NCBI RefSeq assembly: GCF_030013595.1
Contig: NZ_CP122768.1
Length of the DNA: 64,000 bases
DNA from: Escherichia coli
Lineage (GTDB): Bacteria > Pseudomonadota > Gammaproteobacteria > Enterobacterales > Enterobacteriaceae
Strand: one strand, 5' to 3'
The position numbers and the translations under genes were made by a program. Positions within the stretch are counted from its first letter, which is position 1. Each line of letters opens with the position of its first letter. Of this stretch, positions 54,616 through 64,000 are shown piece by piece. The notes under the pieces were generated by a model. That model saw only the letters and a list, made by a program, of their open reading frames with translations. It searched no databases and was not told the DNA's origin.

Positions 54616-54909
54616 TTATTCCTTAAAGTCATTGAAATCATCATCCGTCATATCATTAAGATATTGTTCAGCGCGGCGTGTAATTTCCTCTAATCTTGCG
54701 GCACTCGGACGGAAGCGCGCCTTCACCAGTTTTTTCTCCTCTTGTTCTGCAAGCATGTCCATTAACGCTTCGAATGCGCTGGCACTTAAGAGATATCCTG
54801 CGGGGCGATTATTAGAAAGAACCGCAACCGGTTGATCAATAAAGTATTTTGCTGGATTTTTACGTAACTCAGTGATATTGACCGATTTTTCAGCGAGAAT
54901 TCGATGCAT
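54616..54909 (-). CDS. yafN: YafN antitoxin (Phd/YefM-like)
   Basis: 97 aa; recalled match and context. Confidence 0.85.
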   Translation of the reverse strand: MHRILAEKSVNITELRKNPAKYFIDQPVAVLSNNRPAGYLLSASAFEALMDMLAEQEEKKLVKARFRPSAARLEEITRRAEQYLNDMTDDDFNDFKE

Positions 54910-54960
54910 ACAGTGATACCCTCATAATAATGCACACCAGAATATACATAATAGTATACA

Positions 54961-56016
54961 TCATAATCCCAGCACCAGTTGTCTTTCCATTTGCGGGTCA
55001 AGCAACGTCACATGCAGCCCCACCAGCCGCACACCGCGCCCGCCGCGACGTTCATCCCAGGTTTTACGCGCGGTGGCAATTAAGTCAGCTTTATTCAGCC
55101 GCGGCCAGACGTGCTCCTGAGTGGTTTGCTGAAAATCGTCGAACTTTAATTTCACCCCCTGGCGAGCAATCAGTAAATCAGGTTTCACCTTTGCCAGACG
55201 GCGTTCAAGTTCCGGATACAGCCGCTCGATAATCGCTTCACATTCAGACCAGTGATGAATATCTTCCGCCATCGTGCGTTCCACGCCGACGGATTTTCGT
55301 AACCGTTCGCTGTTAACGTCGCGCTCGTCAATCCCCTGACTACGCTCCCACAAAATGCGGCCAAATTTGCCAAAACGTTTGAGCAGAGTCACCAGATCAC
55401 ACTTTTGCACATCACCGCAGGTCCGCAGCCCCATCGCTTCCAGTTTTGCCGCCGAGACTTTGCCGACGCCGGGAATTTTTGCCAGCGGTAAGGTTTGCAG
55501 AAATGCCGGAACTTCTGCCGGCGTAATCACAAACTGGCCGTTGGGTTTATTCATGTCGGAGGCGATTTTAGCGAGAAACTTTACTGGTGCCACGCCCGCA
55601 GACGCCGTCAGTTGCAGCTCGTTGAAGATTGTCTGGCGGATTTCCTGGGCGATGAGGGTCGCAGAACCGTGGCAATGGACGCTATCAGTAACATCGAGAT
55701 AGGCTTCATCCAGTGACAACGGTTCAATACGCGAGGTGTAGCGCGAGAAGATTTCACGGATATGATTTGAGGCTTCTTTGTAGGCGTCAAAGCGCCCCGG
55801 AAGCAAGGTGAGATGTGGGCATAATTTGAGCGCCATCCCAGTAGGCATAGCGCTACGTACGCCAAATTTACGCGCGGGATAATTGGCGGTGCTGATCACC
55901 CCCCGACGTTCGCGGCTGCCGCCAATAGCAATAGGGATATCGCGCAGGGCGGGATTGTCGCGCATCTCCACTGCGGCGAAAAAGCAGTCCATATCCACAT
56001 GAATGATTTTACGCAT
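54961..56016 (-). CDS. dinB: DNA polymerase IV (translesion synthesis)
   Basis: 351 aa; N-terminal [22 protein letters not shown] typical of Y-family polymerases. Confidence 0.95.
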   Translation of the reverse strand: MRKIIHVDMDCFFAAVEMRDNPALRDIPIAIGGSRERRGVISTANYPARKFGVRSAMPTGMALKLCPHLTLLPGRFDAYKEASNHIREIFSRYTSRIEPLSLDEAYLDVTDSVHCHGSATLIAQEIRQTIFNELQLTASAGVAPVKFLAKIASDMNKPNGQFVITPAEVPAFLQTLPLAKIPGVGKVSAAKLEAMGLRTCGDVQKCDLVTLLKRFGKFGRILWERSQGIDERDVNSERLRKSVGVERTMAEDIHHWSECEAIIERLYPELERRLAKVKPDLLIARQGVKLKFDDFQQTTQEHVWPRLNKADLIATARKTWDERRGGRGVRLVGLHVTLLDPQMERQLVLGL

Positions 56017-56086
56017 TGCTCACCTCTCAACACTGGTAAAGTATACAGTGATTTCAGGGTTTGAGAAATGCGTAAAGATTCAGCAT

Positions 56087-57010
56087 CTAGCGCGTTCGCT
56101 GCGAAAGCACCTGCTGCTTATCCAGCTTTTGCACCAGCGGCTGCACCACTTTATCCCCATGCTGACCAAAGTATTGATACAGCGTATCGGACGCACTTTT
56201 GGTCAGCACCATAATCTCAATGCGTCGGTTGCCCGCGCTTTGCGGATTTTTCGCGTCCAGCAGCATCTGGTCCGCCATCGCGCTTACCTGCATCACTTTA
56301 TCTTCCGGCATTCCGGCCTCTTCCAGCACCCGACGGGCCGAAAGCGCGCGATCGCCCGAAAGGTTCCAGTTGTTGTAGATATTGTTTTTGTAGGCCATCG
56401 CATCGGTATGCCCGGTAATAATAATTTTGTTATCGAGCGAGTCGAACACTGGCGCGAGCTCCACCAGCAAAGTTTTAAAGAACGGCATAATCTGCGCGCT
56501 GCCGCGTTCAAACATATTGCGGTTCTGGTCATCTTTAATCAGCACGCGTAATCCCTGCGGGACAATCTCCATCTCCAGATTCGCTTCCATATGTGCATCA
56601 CGGGCAATGGTGTTGATACTGGTTGCCAACTCGCCAAGCTCGGTGGCGGATTTCTTCTTCAGCAGCGCCGGTTTCTCATTCACATCACGCGCTTTTTTCT
56701 CCGTCTCTTCCGGCACCGCTACGGTGGCAGGTTTTGGCGGATGAGACGGGCTGATTTTATTTAACGGCGACAGCCCACCACCGTTAAAAATCGACTGCCC
56801 GTGCAGCGCGGCGATAATGCTTTCACGCTCGGATTTACTGACGCTGTTGACAATCCACAGCGTCATAAACAGCGCCATCATTGCCAAAGTAAAGTCGGCG
56901 AACGTCACCTTCCGCGCCCCGCCGTGGTGCCCGGCATGATTCTTTTTGATCTGCCGCCGGACGATGGTGGTTTTTGCCCCACGCTCGCGGCGGTTGCCCG
57001 TCTTTCTCAT
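56087..57010 (-). CDS. lafU: Lateral flagellar motor protein LafU (MotB-like)
   Basis: TM segment FADFTLAMMALFMTLWIV and C-terminal OmpA-like region; apparently intact here; ORF track start 57043. Confidence 0.8.
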   Translation of the reverse strand: MRKTGNRRERGAKTTIVRRQIKKNHAGHHGGARKVTFADFTLAMMALFMTLWIVNSVSKSERESIIAALHGQSIFNGGGLSPLNKISPSHPPKPATVAVPEETEKKARDVNEKPALLKKKSATELGELATSINTIARDAHMEANLEMEIVPQGLRVLIKDDQNRNMFERGSAQIMPFFKTLLVELAPVFDSLDNKIIITGHTDAMAYKNNIYNNWNLSGDRALSARRVLEEAGMPEDKVMQVSAMADQMLLDAKNPQSAGNRRIEIMVLTKSASDTLYQYFGQHGDKVVQPLVQKLDKQQVLSQRTR

Positions 57011-57012
57011 GC

Positions 57013-57876
57013 TTATTCTTGCTCCAGCATCGCATTCACCCACGCGTCGAGGTTGGCGAAGGTCGGTTTAGATGCCAGATGCAGCAGCTTACGCCCGGCG
57101 TCCACCGCCAGCAGGGTCGGTTTGCCGCCTGCCTGCGCCACCAGCACGGTGCGCACGCATTCCAGCAAAGAATGTTCCGCCCGTGCCTGTTGTTCCATGG
57201 CGTTGGCAAGCGGGTCCATCAGGCAGTAGCAGATAAAGACGCCTAAAAACGTCCCCACCAGAGCCGCCGCCACTTTCAGGCCAATCAGGGCGATAGATCC
57301 ATCAATCGACTGCATGGTGATGATGATGCCCAGCACCGCCGCGCAAATACCAAATCCCGGCATCGCTTCGGCAGTACGTTGCAGCGAGCGCGACGGCGTT
57401 AACAGGGACTCTTCCGCGGTGTCCAGTTCCTGATCGAGAATGCCTTCCAGTTCGTGGGCGTCGATTTTGCCCATCGCCATCAGGCGAAAGTTATCGGCAA
57501 TAAAGGTCACCAGCCGCTTCTGGGTTAATACCAACGGGTATTTCTGGAAAACGGTGCTATCTTCCGGTTGCTCAATATGCTGATCCAGCATGCGCAGGCC
57601 GCCGTTTTGTACCATTTCAAGCAACTCATACAGGCACATTAATAGCTGACGCTGAAACTCCGGCCCGAGCTGTTTTTTACTGATCACGCCTTTAATTTGA
57701 TGGGCAATCTCTTTCAGCACATGTTTCGGGTTACCAATAATCATCGCCCCAAAACCGGCACCCAAAATAATGATCATCTCCGCCGGTTGCCAGATAGCCA
57801 CTAATTGCCCGCCCGCTTCAAAATAACCGCCAAATACGCAGCCGAGCACCACCAGTAAACCTAATATTTTTTGCAT
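57013..57876 (-). CDS. lafT: Lateral flagellar motor protein LafT (MotA-like)
   Basis: 287 aa four-TM protein, N-terminus MotA-like. Confidence 0.8.
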   Translation of the reverse strand: MQKILGLLVVLGCVFGGYFEAGGQLVAIWQPAEMIIILGAGFGAMIIGNPKHVLKEIAHQIKGVISKKQLGPEFQRQLLMCLYELLEMVQNGGLRMLDQHIEQPEDSTVFQKYPLVLTQKRLVTFIADNFRLMAMGKIDAHELEGILDQELDTAEESLLTPSRSLQRTAEAMPGFGICAAVLGIIITMQSIDGSIALIGLKVAAALVGTFLGVFICYCLMDPLANAMEQQARAEHSLLECVRTVLVAQAGGKPTLLAVDAGRKLLHLASKPTFANLDAWVNAMLEQE

Positions 57877-57888
57877 GATTTCTTCACT

Positions 57889-58605
57889 TTAATTCGGATA
57901 GACAAAATCACGAATTTTCTGCGCGATCTGTTTATTCAGTTGACAAATTCGGGCCTCGGTTAGCCCTAATACCAGCGCAATTTCTTTGAGATTCATCTCA
58001 TGCTGGTAATACATGGAGAGGATCAGTTGCTCTTTTTCGCTTAATTGTGAAAGCGCCTGTTGCAACATTTGCTGGGTGACAAACTGATCTTCCAGTTCCC
58101 GGCCAGCAAGCGGAATGCCAGGCCCTTCGCCGTTCAGCAGTTCGTCAAGGCTGGCGAGCGTTTCCGCCCCTTCCAGTTGCTGATATTCGAGATAATCTTC
58201 ATGCGAGATCCCTTCCACGGCCAGTTCTGGCCACTCCGGTTCGTGCCCCAGTTTTTTACGCGTTTCGCGAATCAGGTCTTTCATCTGATGATATTTCTGT
58301 CGCAGCTGGCGCGGTCGCCAGTCGAGAGCGCGCAGCTCATCAAGGATCGCGCCGCGAATACGGTGCACGGCATAGCCGGCAAAACCTTCGTCCGGCAGCC
58401 CGTAGCGGCGAATGGCGTTAAGCAGCCCCATTAACGCCGTTTGTTCCATATCCTGACGGTCAATAATGCAATTACACTGCGGGGCAAGTTGCCGCACCAC
58501 TTTACGCACCAGTGGTAAATAGGCCTGCAAGTAGTGGCTCTCCTGCTGCGGGGTTAATACCGGCGCGGCAGCAAATTCTTCTGACTCGAATACGTCCTGT
58601 AGCAT
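57889..58605 (-). CDS. lafS: Lateral flagellar sigma-28-like factor LafS
   Basis: 238 aa sigma-70-family protein with region 4 HTH (LKEIALVLGLTEARICQL). Confidence 0.75.
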   Translation of the reverse strand: MLQDVFESEEFAAAPVLTPQQESHYLQAYLPLVRKVVRQLAPQCNCIIDRQDMEQTALMGLLNAIRRYGLPDEGFAGYAVHRIRGAILDELRALDWRPRQLRQKYHQMKDLIRETRKKLGHEPEWPELAVEGISHEDYLEYQQLEGAETLASLDELLNGEGPGIPLAGRELEDQFVTQQMLQQALSQLSEKEQLILSMYYQHEMNLKEIALVLGLTEARICQLNKQIAQKIRDFVYPN

Positions 58606-58624
58606 GTTTATATCCGCCTGGTGA

Positions 58625-59092
58625 TTACTGGAAGACCACTTTTTTCACCAGCAAATCCTTATACGGTGCGCTCATTTTGCGACGTTGAAGATCTTTCTTT
58701 AACGCATCCGAAATCAGTTTGCGGATGGCAGATATTTTCATGCCGCGCAAATCTTCAAATTTCATTTCCGTCAGGCATTCAACCGCAATACTTTGATACA
58801 GCGGCTCCTGATGTTTTATTTTTTCCGCTTCTTTGTCACTGGCAACCACCATCACTAATTCCGCCGACAAATAATGGTCCGCGCCGTTGTTGTCATGCAG
58901 CGTGACAATGGTTTCCGGCAACGTCACAAACACGCTTTTGCTTTCATCCAGGGTTTCCACCGTTTCCGTCTGCGCGGCGGCAGTCGGTTTTCCTTTTCCG
59001 GCATAATGATGCCAGACACCCCATCCAGCTCCGACCCCCACCACCAACGCCAGAACGGCGCTGACCACGCCCGCCACCACGATTTTCTTCAT
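58625..59092 (-). CDS. lafF: FliL-like lateral flagellar protein LafF
   Basis: 155 aa, single N-terminal TM helix; position in laf operon. Confidence 0.6.
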   Translation of the reverse strand: MKKIVVAGVVSAVLALVVGVGAGWGVWHHYAGKGKPTAAAQTETVETLDESKSVFVTLPETIVTLHDNNGADHYLSAELVMVVASDKEAEKIKHQEPLYQSIAVECLTEMKFEDLRGMKISAIRKLISDALKKDLQRRKMSAPYKDLLVKKVVFQ

Positions 59093-59099
59093 ATTGCCT

Positions 59100-60161
59100 T
59101 TACACTTTGATCAAAACGGATTCGTTCTGTTGAAATTGAGGCGCATCATCAAGCTGTAAGGCGGCACTCACCTCTTCCTGCTGATGGCCCGACTGTTGTT
59201 GTTGCTGCGACTGCCCTTCGGAGGAAACCTGTACGTTCACCTCCATAAAATTTTGCGCCGTCAGATGCTGGCGGAGATCGTCGCTAAACTGTTGTAACGC
59301 GCGGCAAACTTCACTTTGGTTCGCGCCGATATGCACCATCAGTTTGCCGTTATCGAGTTGTACGGCGATCTCAAGCTTGCCAAGCGACGGTGGATCGAGA
59401 CGGATGGTGGAGATCTGCTGTTGTTTGTTGAGCTGAAAGTGGATCTGATCTTTCAAAAGCGTCGTCAGTTTTTCGCCCAGTTCGTCCATCGAAAGCGTGG
59501 CTGGTTTGGCGACAATCTCCTGATGTTCGCTGACCAGATCCGGCGTCTTAACCTGCAACACCGCACGCGCAATAACCGGTTCGCTGTCCGGCACTTTTTC
59601 CGTTTTACGCTCGACCTGCGGGCGCGCGTTCACACGGGTTAGTTCAGGTTTCGGGCGAGCTGGCTGTGTTGAGACGCGCGGCTGCGTCGGCGCAATGGCA
59701 TGTAAATATTCACTGGCGTAAGTCGCCAGTCTGGCCTGCTGTTCGGGTTTCGCCTGCGGCAACTGACTGATCAGTTCCTGCAACTGCGGCGGCAACGGCG
59801 TGAGTTCCTGCTGCTGCGTCGGGCGTTGCGGCGCGTTTTGCACCACCGCTTTCGTCAATTGCTGGATAACCGGCGATGTTGCGACGTTTCGCGGCTGCGG
59901 CGTGTCCTGATGCGGCGCGGCAGGTTGCGGAAGTAACAGCGCCATTAGCGCCTGCATCGCCACCAGATCGTTCTCCTGCGGGCGCGTCGCCTGTTGCTGA
60001 CTGGTTTTAGCGCTATGAACGCGCTCCGCCACCGCCGCGACCGCCATTTTCGGCAGGGTAAACGCGGGCGCGTTTTCACCGCTCACCGGCGGTAAAATAT
60101 CCGCCTTCAACGAAGCGGTTTCCGCAAGCGTTCCGAGCGTGGCAAGCAATGCCGGATTCAT
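59100..60161 (-). CDS. lafE: FliK-like hook-length control protein LafE
   Basis: 353 aa, Pro/Gln-rich central region, Gln-rich C-terminal domain. Confidence 0.6.
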   Translation of the reverse strand: MNPALLATLGTLAETASLKADILPPVSGENAPAFTLPKMAVAAVAERVHSAKTSQQQATRPQENDLVAMQALMALLLPQPAAPHQDTPQPRNVATSPVIQQLTKAVVQNAPQRPTQQQELTPLPPQLQELISQLPQAKPEQQARLATYASEYLHAIAPTQPRVSTQPARPKPELTRVNARPQVERKTEKVPDSEPVIARAVLQVKTPDLVSEHQEIVAKPATLSMDELGEKLTTLLKDQIHFQLNKQQQISTIRLDPPSLGKLEIAVQLDNGKLMVHIGANQSEVCRALQQFSDDLRQHLTAQNFMEVNVQVSSEGQSQQQQQSGHQQEEVSAALQLDDAPQFQQNESVLIKV

Positions 60162-60469
60162 GACTTCTCCGAAAGTAAATTAACAATTGAGTAGGCCAGT
60201 ACGCCTTCCTGATGCCGCTGATGCTGTTCCATACGCGCTTTCAACACTTCTGCGCGCTGCTCGCGCCGTTTAATCAGGGCGTTAAACGCGTCATACAGTC
60301 GCGCTTTCACTGCATCCAACTGCGCCGCATCGGTTTCCGCCGCCGCGTAATCGTGAAACTGGCGTATCAACTGCTGATGCAGTGCCGGAAGGCGTCGCCA
60401 GCGTTGCTTGTCGAGGGCTTCATTCATCGCCTCGACCAGTGCGAAAAGTTGCCTGCGTTGTTTTTCCAT
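60158..60469 (-). CDS. lafD: FliT-like flagellar chaperone LafD
   Basis: 103 aa helical protein between fliS-like and fliK-like genes. Confidence 0.5.
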   Translation of the reverse strand: MEKQRRQLFALVEAMNEALDKQRWRRLPALHQQLIRQFHDYAAAETDAAQLDAVKARLYDAFNALIKRREQRAEVLKARMEQHQRHQEGVLAYSIVNLLSEKS

Positions 60470-60473
60470 CGTC

Positions 60474-60866
60474 TTAACCCAGCTTGCCCGAAAGCCCTTC
60501 CCAGCCTTCGCGCAGGTTGCTTAAGATCAGCATCACTTCATCGATTTTCTCTGCCGACAGTTCGCCGCTGGCCTCATACAATCGGTAAACGCAGTGGTCA
60601 TAGAGTCGCGAAAGGTTGACCACCAGCTCGCCGCCAGTTTCAAACTCCAGCGAACTGGTGAGCGCATTGAGAATGTCGATGCATTTATTGATGCTCTGGG
60701 CTTTCTTCTCGAAACGCCGCCCTTCAATATGGCTTTTGGCGCGTTCCAGCTCGTCCATCAGGCCAGAAAACAGCACCAGCACCAGTTCCAGAGGCGATGC
60801 CGCCGCAGTACGCGCCGCGAGATCGATCTCTTTATATTGCGAATAGCCGTCCTGTACTTGGTACAT
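60474..60866 (-). CDS. lafC: FliS-like flagellin chaperone LafC
   Basis: 130 aa; size and order after the fliD-like gene. Confidence 0.7.
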   Translation of the reverse strand: MYQVQDGYSQYKEIDLAARTAAASPLELVLVLFSGLMDELERAKSHIEGRRFEKKAQSINKCIDILNALTSSLEFETGGELVVNLSRLYDHCVYRLYEASGELSAEKIDEVMLILSNLREGWEGLSGKLG

Positions 60867-60888
60867 CTTTAGGGATATTCCTTCTGAG

Positions 60889-62205
60889 TTACGCGAATGC
60901 CGCCATGCTGGCTTTCATGGTGTACACCTCGACCAGCGTGTTGGTGTACTCCTCGAGATAACGGTCGTAGTTGGCGTTATAGGTATCAGTAAGCTGATCG
61001 CCTTCGTCCTGAATTTTGCTCATCTGATCGTCAATGTTCTGCTGGCGCAGGGTGATGATGCCGTTGCTGGAGTCCGTGTAGGTGTTAATCAGGTCGTCCA
61101 TCTGCGCTACCATGCTGTTGTCGCCAACGAAAATAGAGGTCAGACCGTCAGGATTTTTCGCCATTTCGTCGTTGAACTGGTCGGAGTCAATCTGTAAGTG
61201 GCCGTGAGAATCGAGGGTGATGCCATAGTCAACAATCGACACGCCGTTGTAGCTGGCATGGGCGATGTCATCGAGCTGGTTCGCCAGTGAACTGAGTCCG
61301 GCGTCGCCTGCAAATACCCCGGCGCTGGTACTGTCATCACCGTGAGTGGTTAGCGAATCAACCGTATCGATCAGGGTGTTATAGGCATCGACAAAGGTCT
61401 GCACTTTCTCCTGGCTGGCGCTGGAATCTTCGCTAATGTTAAAGGTAGTGAGGTCGCTGTCAGAATCGCTGACTTCGGTGAAAGTCATGGTGACGCCGGG
61501 GATCACATCATCAAACGTATTGCTGCTGTTGGTGATCTCAGGCCCCGTGGCGCTGCCAAGATGAATAATCGCGTCCTGAGCGGAGGAAACATCCGTGGCA
61601 ACGGGCGCGCTGGTGCTATCGTTGCTGCCGTCATGCCCCGTTACGCTCACCGAAAATGCGCTCTGCGCCCCGGTGCTATCGGAGGTGAGCATAATCGTGG
61701 TGGTGCCGTCGGTTTTTACCAGTGCCGCCGACACGCCCGGATTGTCATCAGAGTCGTTAATCGCATTCACCAGCTCGCTGGCGTCGATAAAACCGTCGCC
61801 GTCACCGTTCTGATCTGCCGCCGACAGATCAATATCCATGGTGCTGTCGCCCATCGTCAGTTCAAAAGTGCCGGTGGCGGAAAAGGTGTCGTCGCCCATA
61901 CTGAACGTGGTTTGCTGCCCCTGCGCCAGTTGCTCAACGAAAAACGAGTAGCTTCCCGCCTGTGCCTGCGAGTTAGCAGAAACGGTCGCCGAGTCATTAT
62001 TGCTGGTGGCGGCAAAAGTCACCGGGCCGTCGGTATCGCTGTTCAGCGCGTCAACGGCGCTCTGAAAATCGCTTAACGCCGAGCTGAGCGAGTCCAGGCC
62101 GCTGCTTTCAGCGTCCAGCTCGGTCTGCTTCTCCTGCAAATTTGCCGCCTGGGTGGCGACATCCGCATAAGCAATTTCTTGCGCAATGGTTCTTGGGTTA
62201 ATCAT
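60889..62205 (-). CDS. lafB: FliD-like filament cap protein LafB
   Basis: 438 aa with N- and C-terminal coiled-coil regions; downstream of flagellin. Confidence 0.75.
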   Translation of the reverse strand: MINPRTIAQEIAYADVATQAANLQEKQTELDAESSGLDSLSSALSDFQSAVDALNSDTDGPVTFAATSNNDSATVSANSQAQAGSYSFFVEQLAQGQQTTFSMGDDTFSATGTFELTMGDSTMDIDLSAADQNGDGDGFIDASELVNAINDSDDNPGVSAALVKTDGTTTIMLTSDSTGAQSAFSVSVTGHDGSNDSTSAPVATDVSSAQDAIIHLGSATGPEITNSSNTFDDVIPGVTMTFTEVSDSDSDLTTFNISEDSSASQEKVQTFVDAYNTLIDTVDSLTTHGDDSTSAGVFAGDAGLSSLANQLDDIAHASYNGVSIVDYGITLDSHGHLQIDSDQFNDEMAKNPDGLTSIFVGDNSMVAQMDDLINTYTDSSNGIITLRQQNIDDQMSKIQDEGDQLTDTYNANYDRYLEEYTNTLVEVYTMKASMAAFA

Positions 62206-62379
62206 TGATGACTCCGGGTAACGATGTCAGGTTAATGGCAAAAGGCGTGCCAATATTTTTTATGTGAATAATCAATAGATTGAAAAACAGGCGGAAATGG
62301 TGTTTCCGGTCTGGCGGAAAAAAGCCTGCCGCTGAAAGCACAACACCGCCTGCAGGCGGTGTTGAGACTGATGACAAAC

Positions 62380-62495
<116 letters not shown>

Positions 62496-62500
<5 letters not shown>

Positions 62501-63410
62501 GCAGCAGGCTGGAAACCATGCTGGACATGCTGTTGGACTGTTTCAGCATGGTGATGCCGGTCTGCATCAGCACCTGCTGTTTGGTCATGTTGGACGCTTC
62601 CGTCGCGTAGTCGGTATCCATGATGTTACCGATAGCAACTTCGGTGTTGTCCTGCATGCTGGTCAGGTTATTAGCCGTGTCGTTCAGACGGTTGATAGAC
62701 GCACCCAGTTTGGACTGGATCTGAGACACGTCATCCATCGCGGTAGAGATGCTGGTGATCATCTGGTTAGCCGAGCCAGACGCAGTCAGCTCAGTACCGC
62801 CAGAAACGCCTGCGGTGCCCGTGGTGTCAGCCTGATCCGCACTAAAGGAGTTGCTGATAGCAGAAAGATCAGTCACCAGGGTATTCAGCTGGCTTGAAAT
62901 ATTCACGGTCATGGTGTCGGAAGATTCCGCGCCCACCTGGAAAGTTACCGCGCTCTGGAACAGACCGTCAGTACCGGTGTTGCTGGTGCCGGAAACACCG
63001 AACAGGTTGGTGCCGCCGTAAGTGGTGTTTTGCAGCATGTCAGACATCTGCTGGCCCAGTTCGTCGTATTCGTCCTGCATCGCCTGCAGGTCGTCGTCGC
63101 TGTAGGTGCCGTTCGCTGCCTGAGTTGACAGGTCTTTCATACGACCCAGCACGTCAGACATTTCGTCGAACATGCTGTCAGCGGTTTGCAGCATCGCGGT
63201 GGCATCATTGATGTTGCTCAGCGCAACACCCATACCGCTGGACTGTGCTGTCAGACGGTTAGCAATTTGTTTGCCTGCGGCGTCATCGGCAGAAGAGTTA
63301 ATCCGGTTACCCGTTGCCAGGCGTTCCATAGATGTAGACAGAGAAGAGCTGCTTTTGCTGATTGCATTAACGGCGGCCATTGAGGCGTTATTGGTGTTAA
63401 TAGATAACAT
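62496..63410 (-). CDS. lafA: Lateral flagellin LafA
   Basis: 304 aa from MLSINTNNASMAAVNAISK with conserved flagellin N- and C-terminal helices (LQ end) and AGGAG SD; ORF track start 63476. Confidence 0.85.
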
Positions 63411-63894
63411 GATACTGCTCCTTGGGATTAATCGTTTTCGTTTCGATACCCTGTAAAAACGACACCTCGGGAGCAAACTTAAAACCGCTATGAAAAAAAT
63501 TCGCTACGTATTATCCGATGCCACTTTTAGCTAAAAAAAGCAGAGTTTAAATTCAGATAAAAAGATTATTAGCAATATCTGCCACATGGCCAGGTATCAA
63601 AATATGTCTTAATCAAACGCTTGATATAGTTAAGATTGTCATCAATTATCGCGTTTTGTTCTCAATGTACTGATGCCAAAATTTACATTGCGTTGCAAAT
63701 AGCACACATTTGGCTATTGTACCTGTCCTGTCATTTCGTTACATTTCCACGCCATATAGTGATTAAGAATAATCCTATTACCGTAAAATATTAATTATCA
63801 CGCAGAAAAATCATCTTCTCAGGGACGTATAAGACTGTGCTTTATGCAAAGCACTATCAGGAAACATTTATCCCTTGCTAAGGTAAACTCAACT

Positions 63895-64000
63895 ATGAGT
63901 ATTATTATCAACAACTGGCGGATGGACCCGTCGCTTAATGCCTTAATACATTGCGAAACGGGTGAAACACGTCGTCTCGGCGAATACCATTTTATTTTGC
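63895..64000 (+). CDS. Possible start of a winged-helix (ToxR/CadC-like) regulator, perhaps lafZ; continues past window end
   Basis: ATG at 63895 opens a frame reading MSIIINNWRMDPSLNALIHCETGETRRLGEYHFIL, reminiscent of OmpR/ToxR-type N-termini; only 35 codons visible. Confidence 0.3.
   Translation, partial: MSIIINNWRMDPSLNALIHCETGETRRLGEYHFIL

Overview
The window reads as an Escherichia coli chromosomal segment, inverted relative to K-12 gene order. All calls rest on reading the six-frame ORF track and the sequence by eye plus recalled protein families; no database search or computation was run. Backbone on the left: ecpB(partial)-ecpC-ecpD-ecpE fimbrial genes, ykgJ, yagU, paoABCD, then an MFS transporter, a secreted alpha/beta hydrolase and a LysR regulator. 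A roughly 28.3 kb CP4-like integrative island sits at tRNA-Thr thrW (about 16635-45031), bounded by imperfect 56 bp direct repeats (2 mismatches) of the tRNA 3' end. It carries a P4-type integrase, cbtA/cbeA toxin-antitoxin, RadC, antirestriction, DUF932, an IS200 copy, antigen 43 with its three-GATC switch, a YfjP-like GTPase, a YagK/YfjJ-like gene, a frameshifted DUF3987 gene and alpA. Backbone on the right: thrW, proA, proB, phoE, crl, frsA, gpt, pepD, decayed ykfJ/prfH, yafP-yafO-yafN-dinB, and lateral flagellar (Flag-2) genes lafU through lafA with the start of a possible lafZ. The main finding is an intact, translationally coupled three-gene operon at 28256-33613 in the island's variable region: a nuclease-less MmeI/PglX-like N6-adenine methyltransferase, an SF2 helicase with a long unassigned C-terminal extension, and a protein with a C-terminal T5orf172/GIY-YIG-like domain. 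I cannot match this architecture to any named restriction or defence system, so I flag it as a candidate undescribed R-M-like system. Directly beside it are stacked IS remnants (IS3-family, IS66-family with a nested ISL3 element) that truncate an archaeo-eukaryotic primase-like gene, and near thrW there is an AT-rich 532 aa orphan ORF of unknown function.
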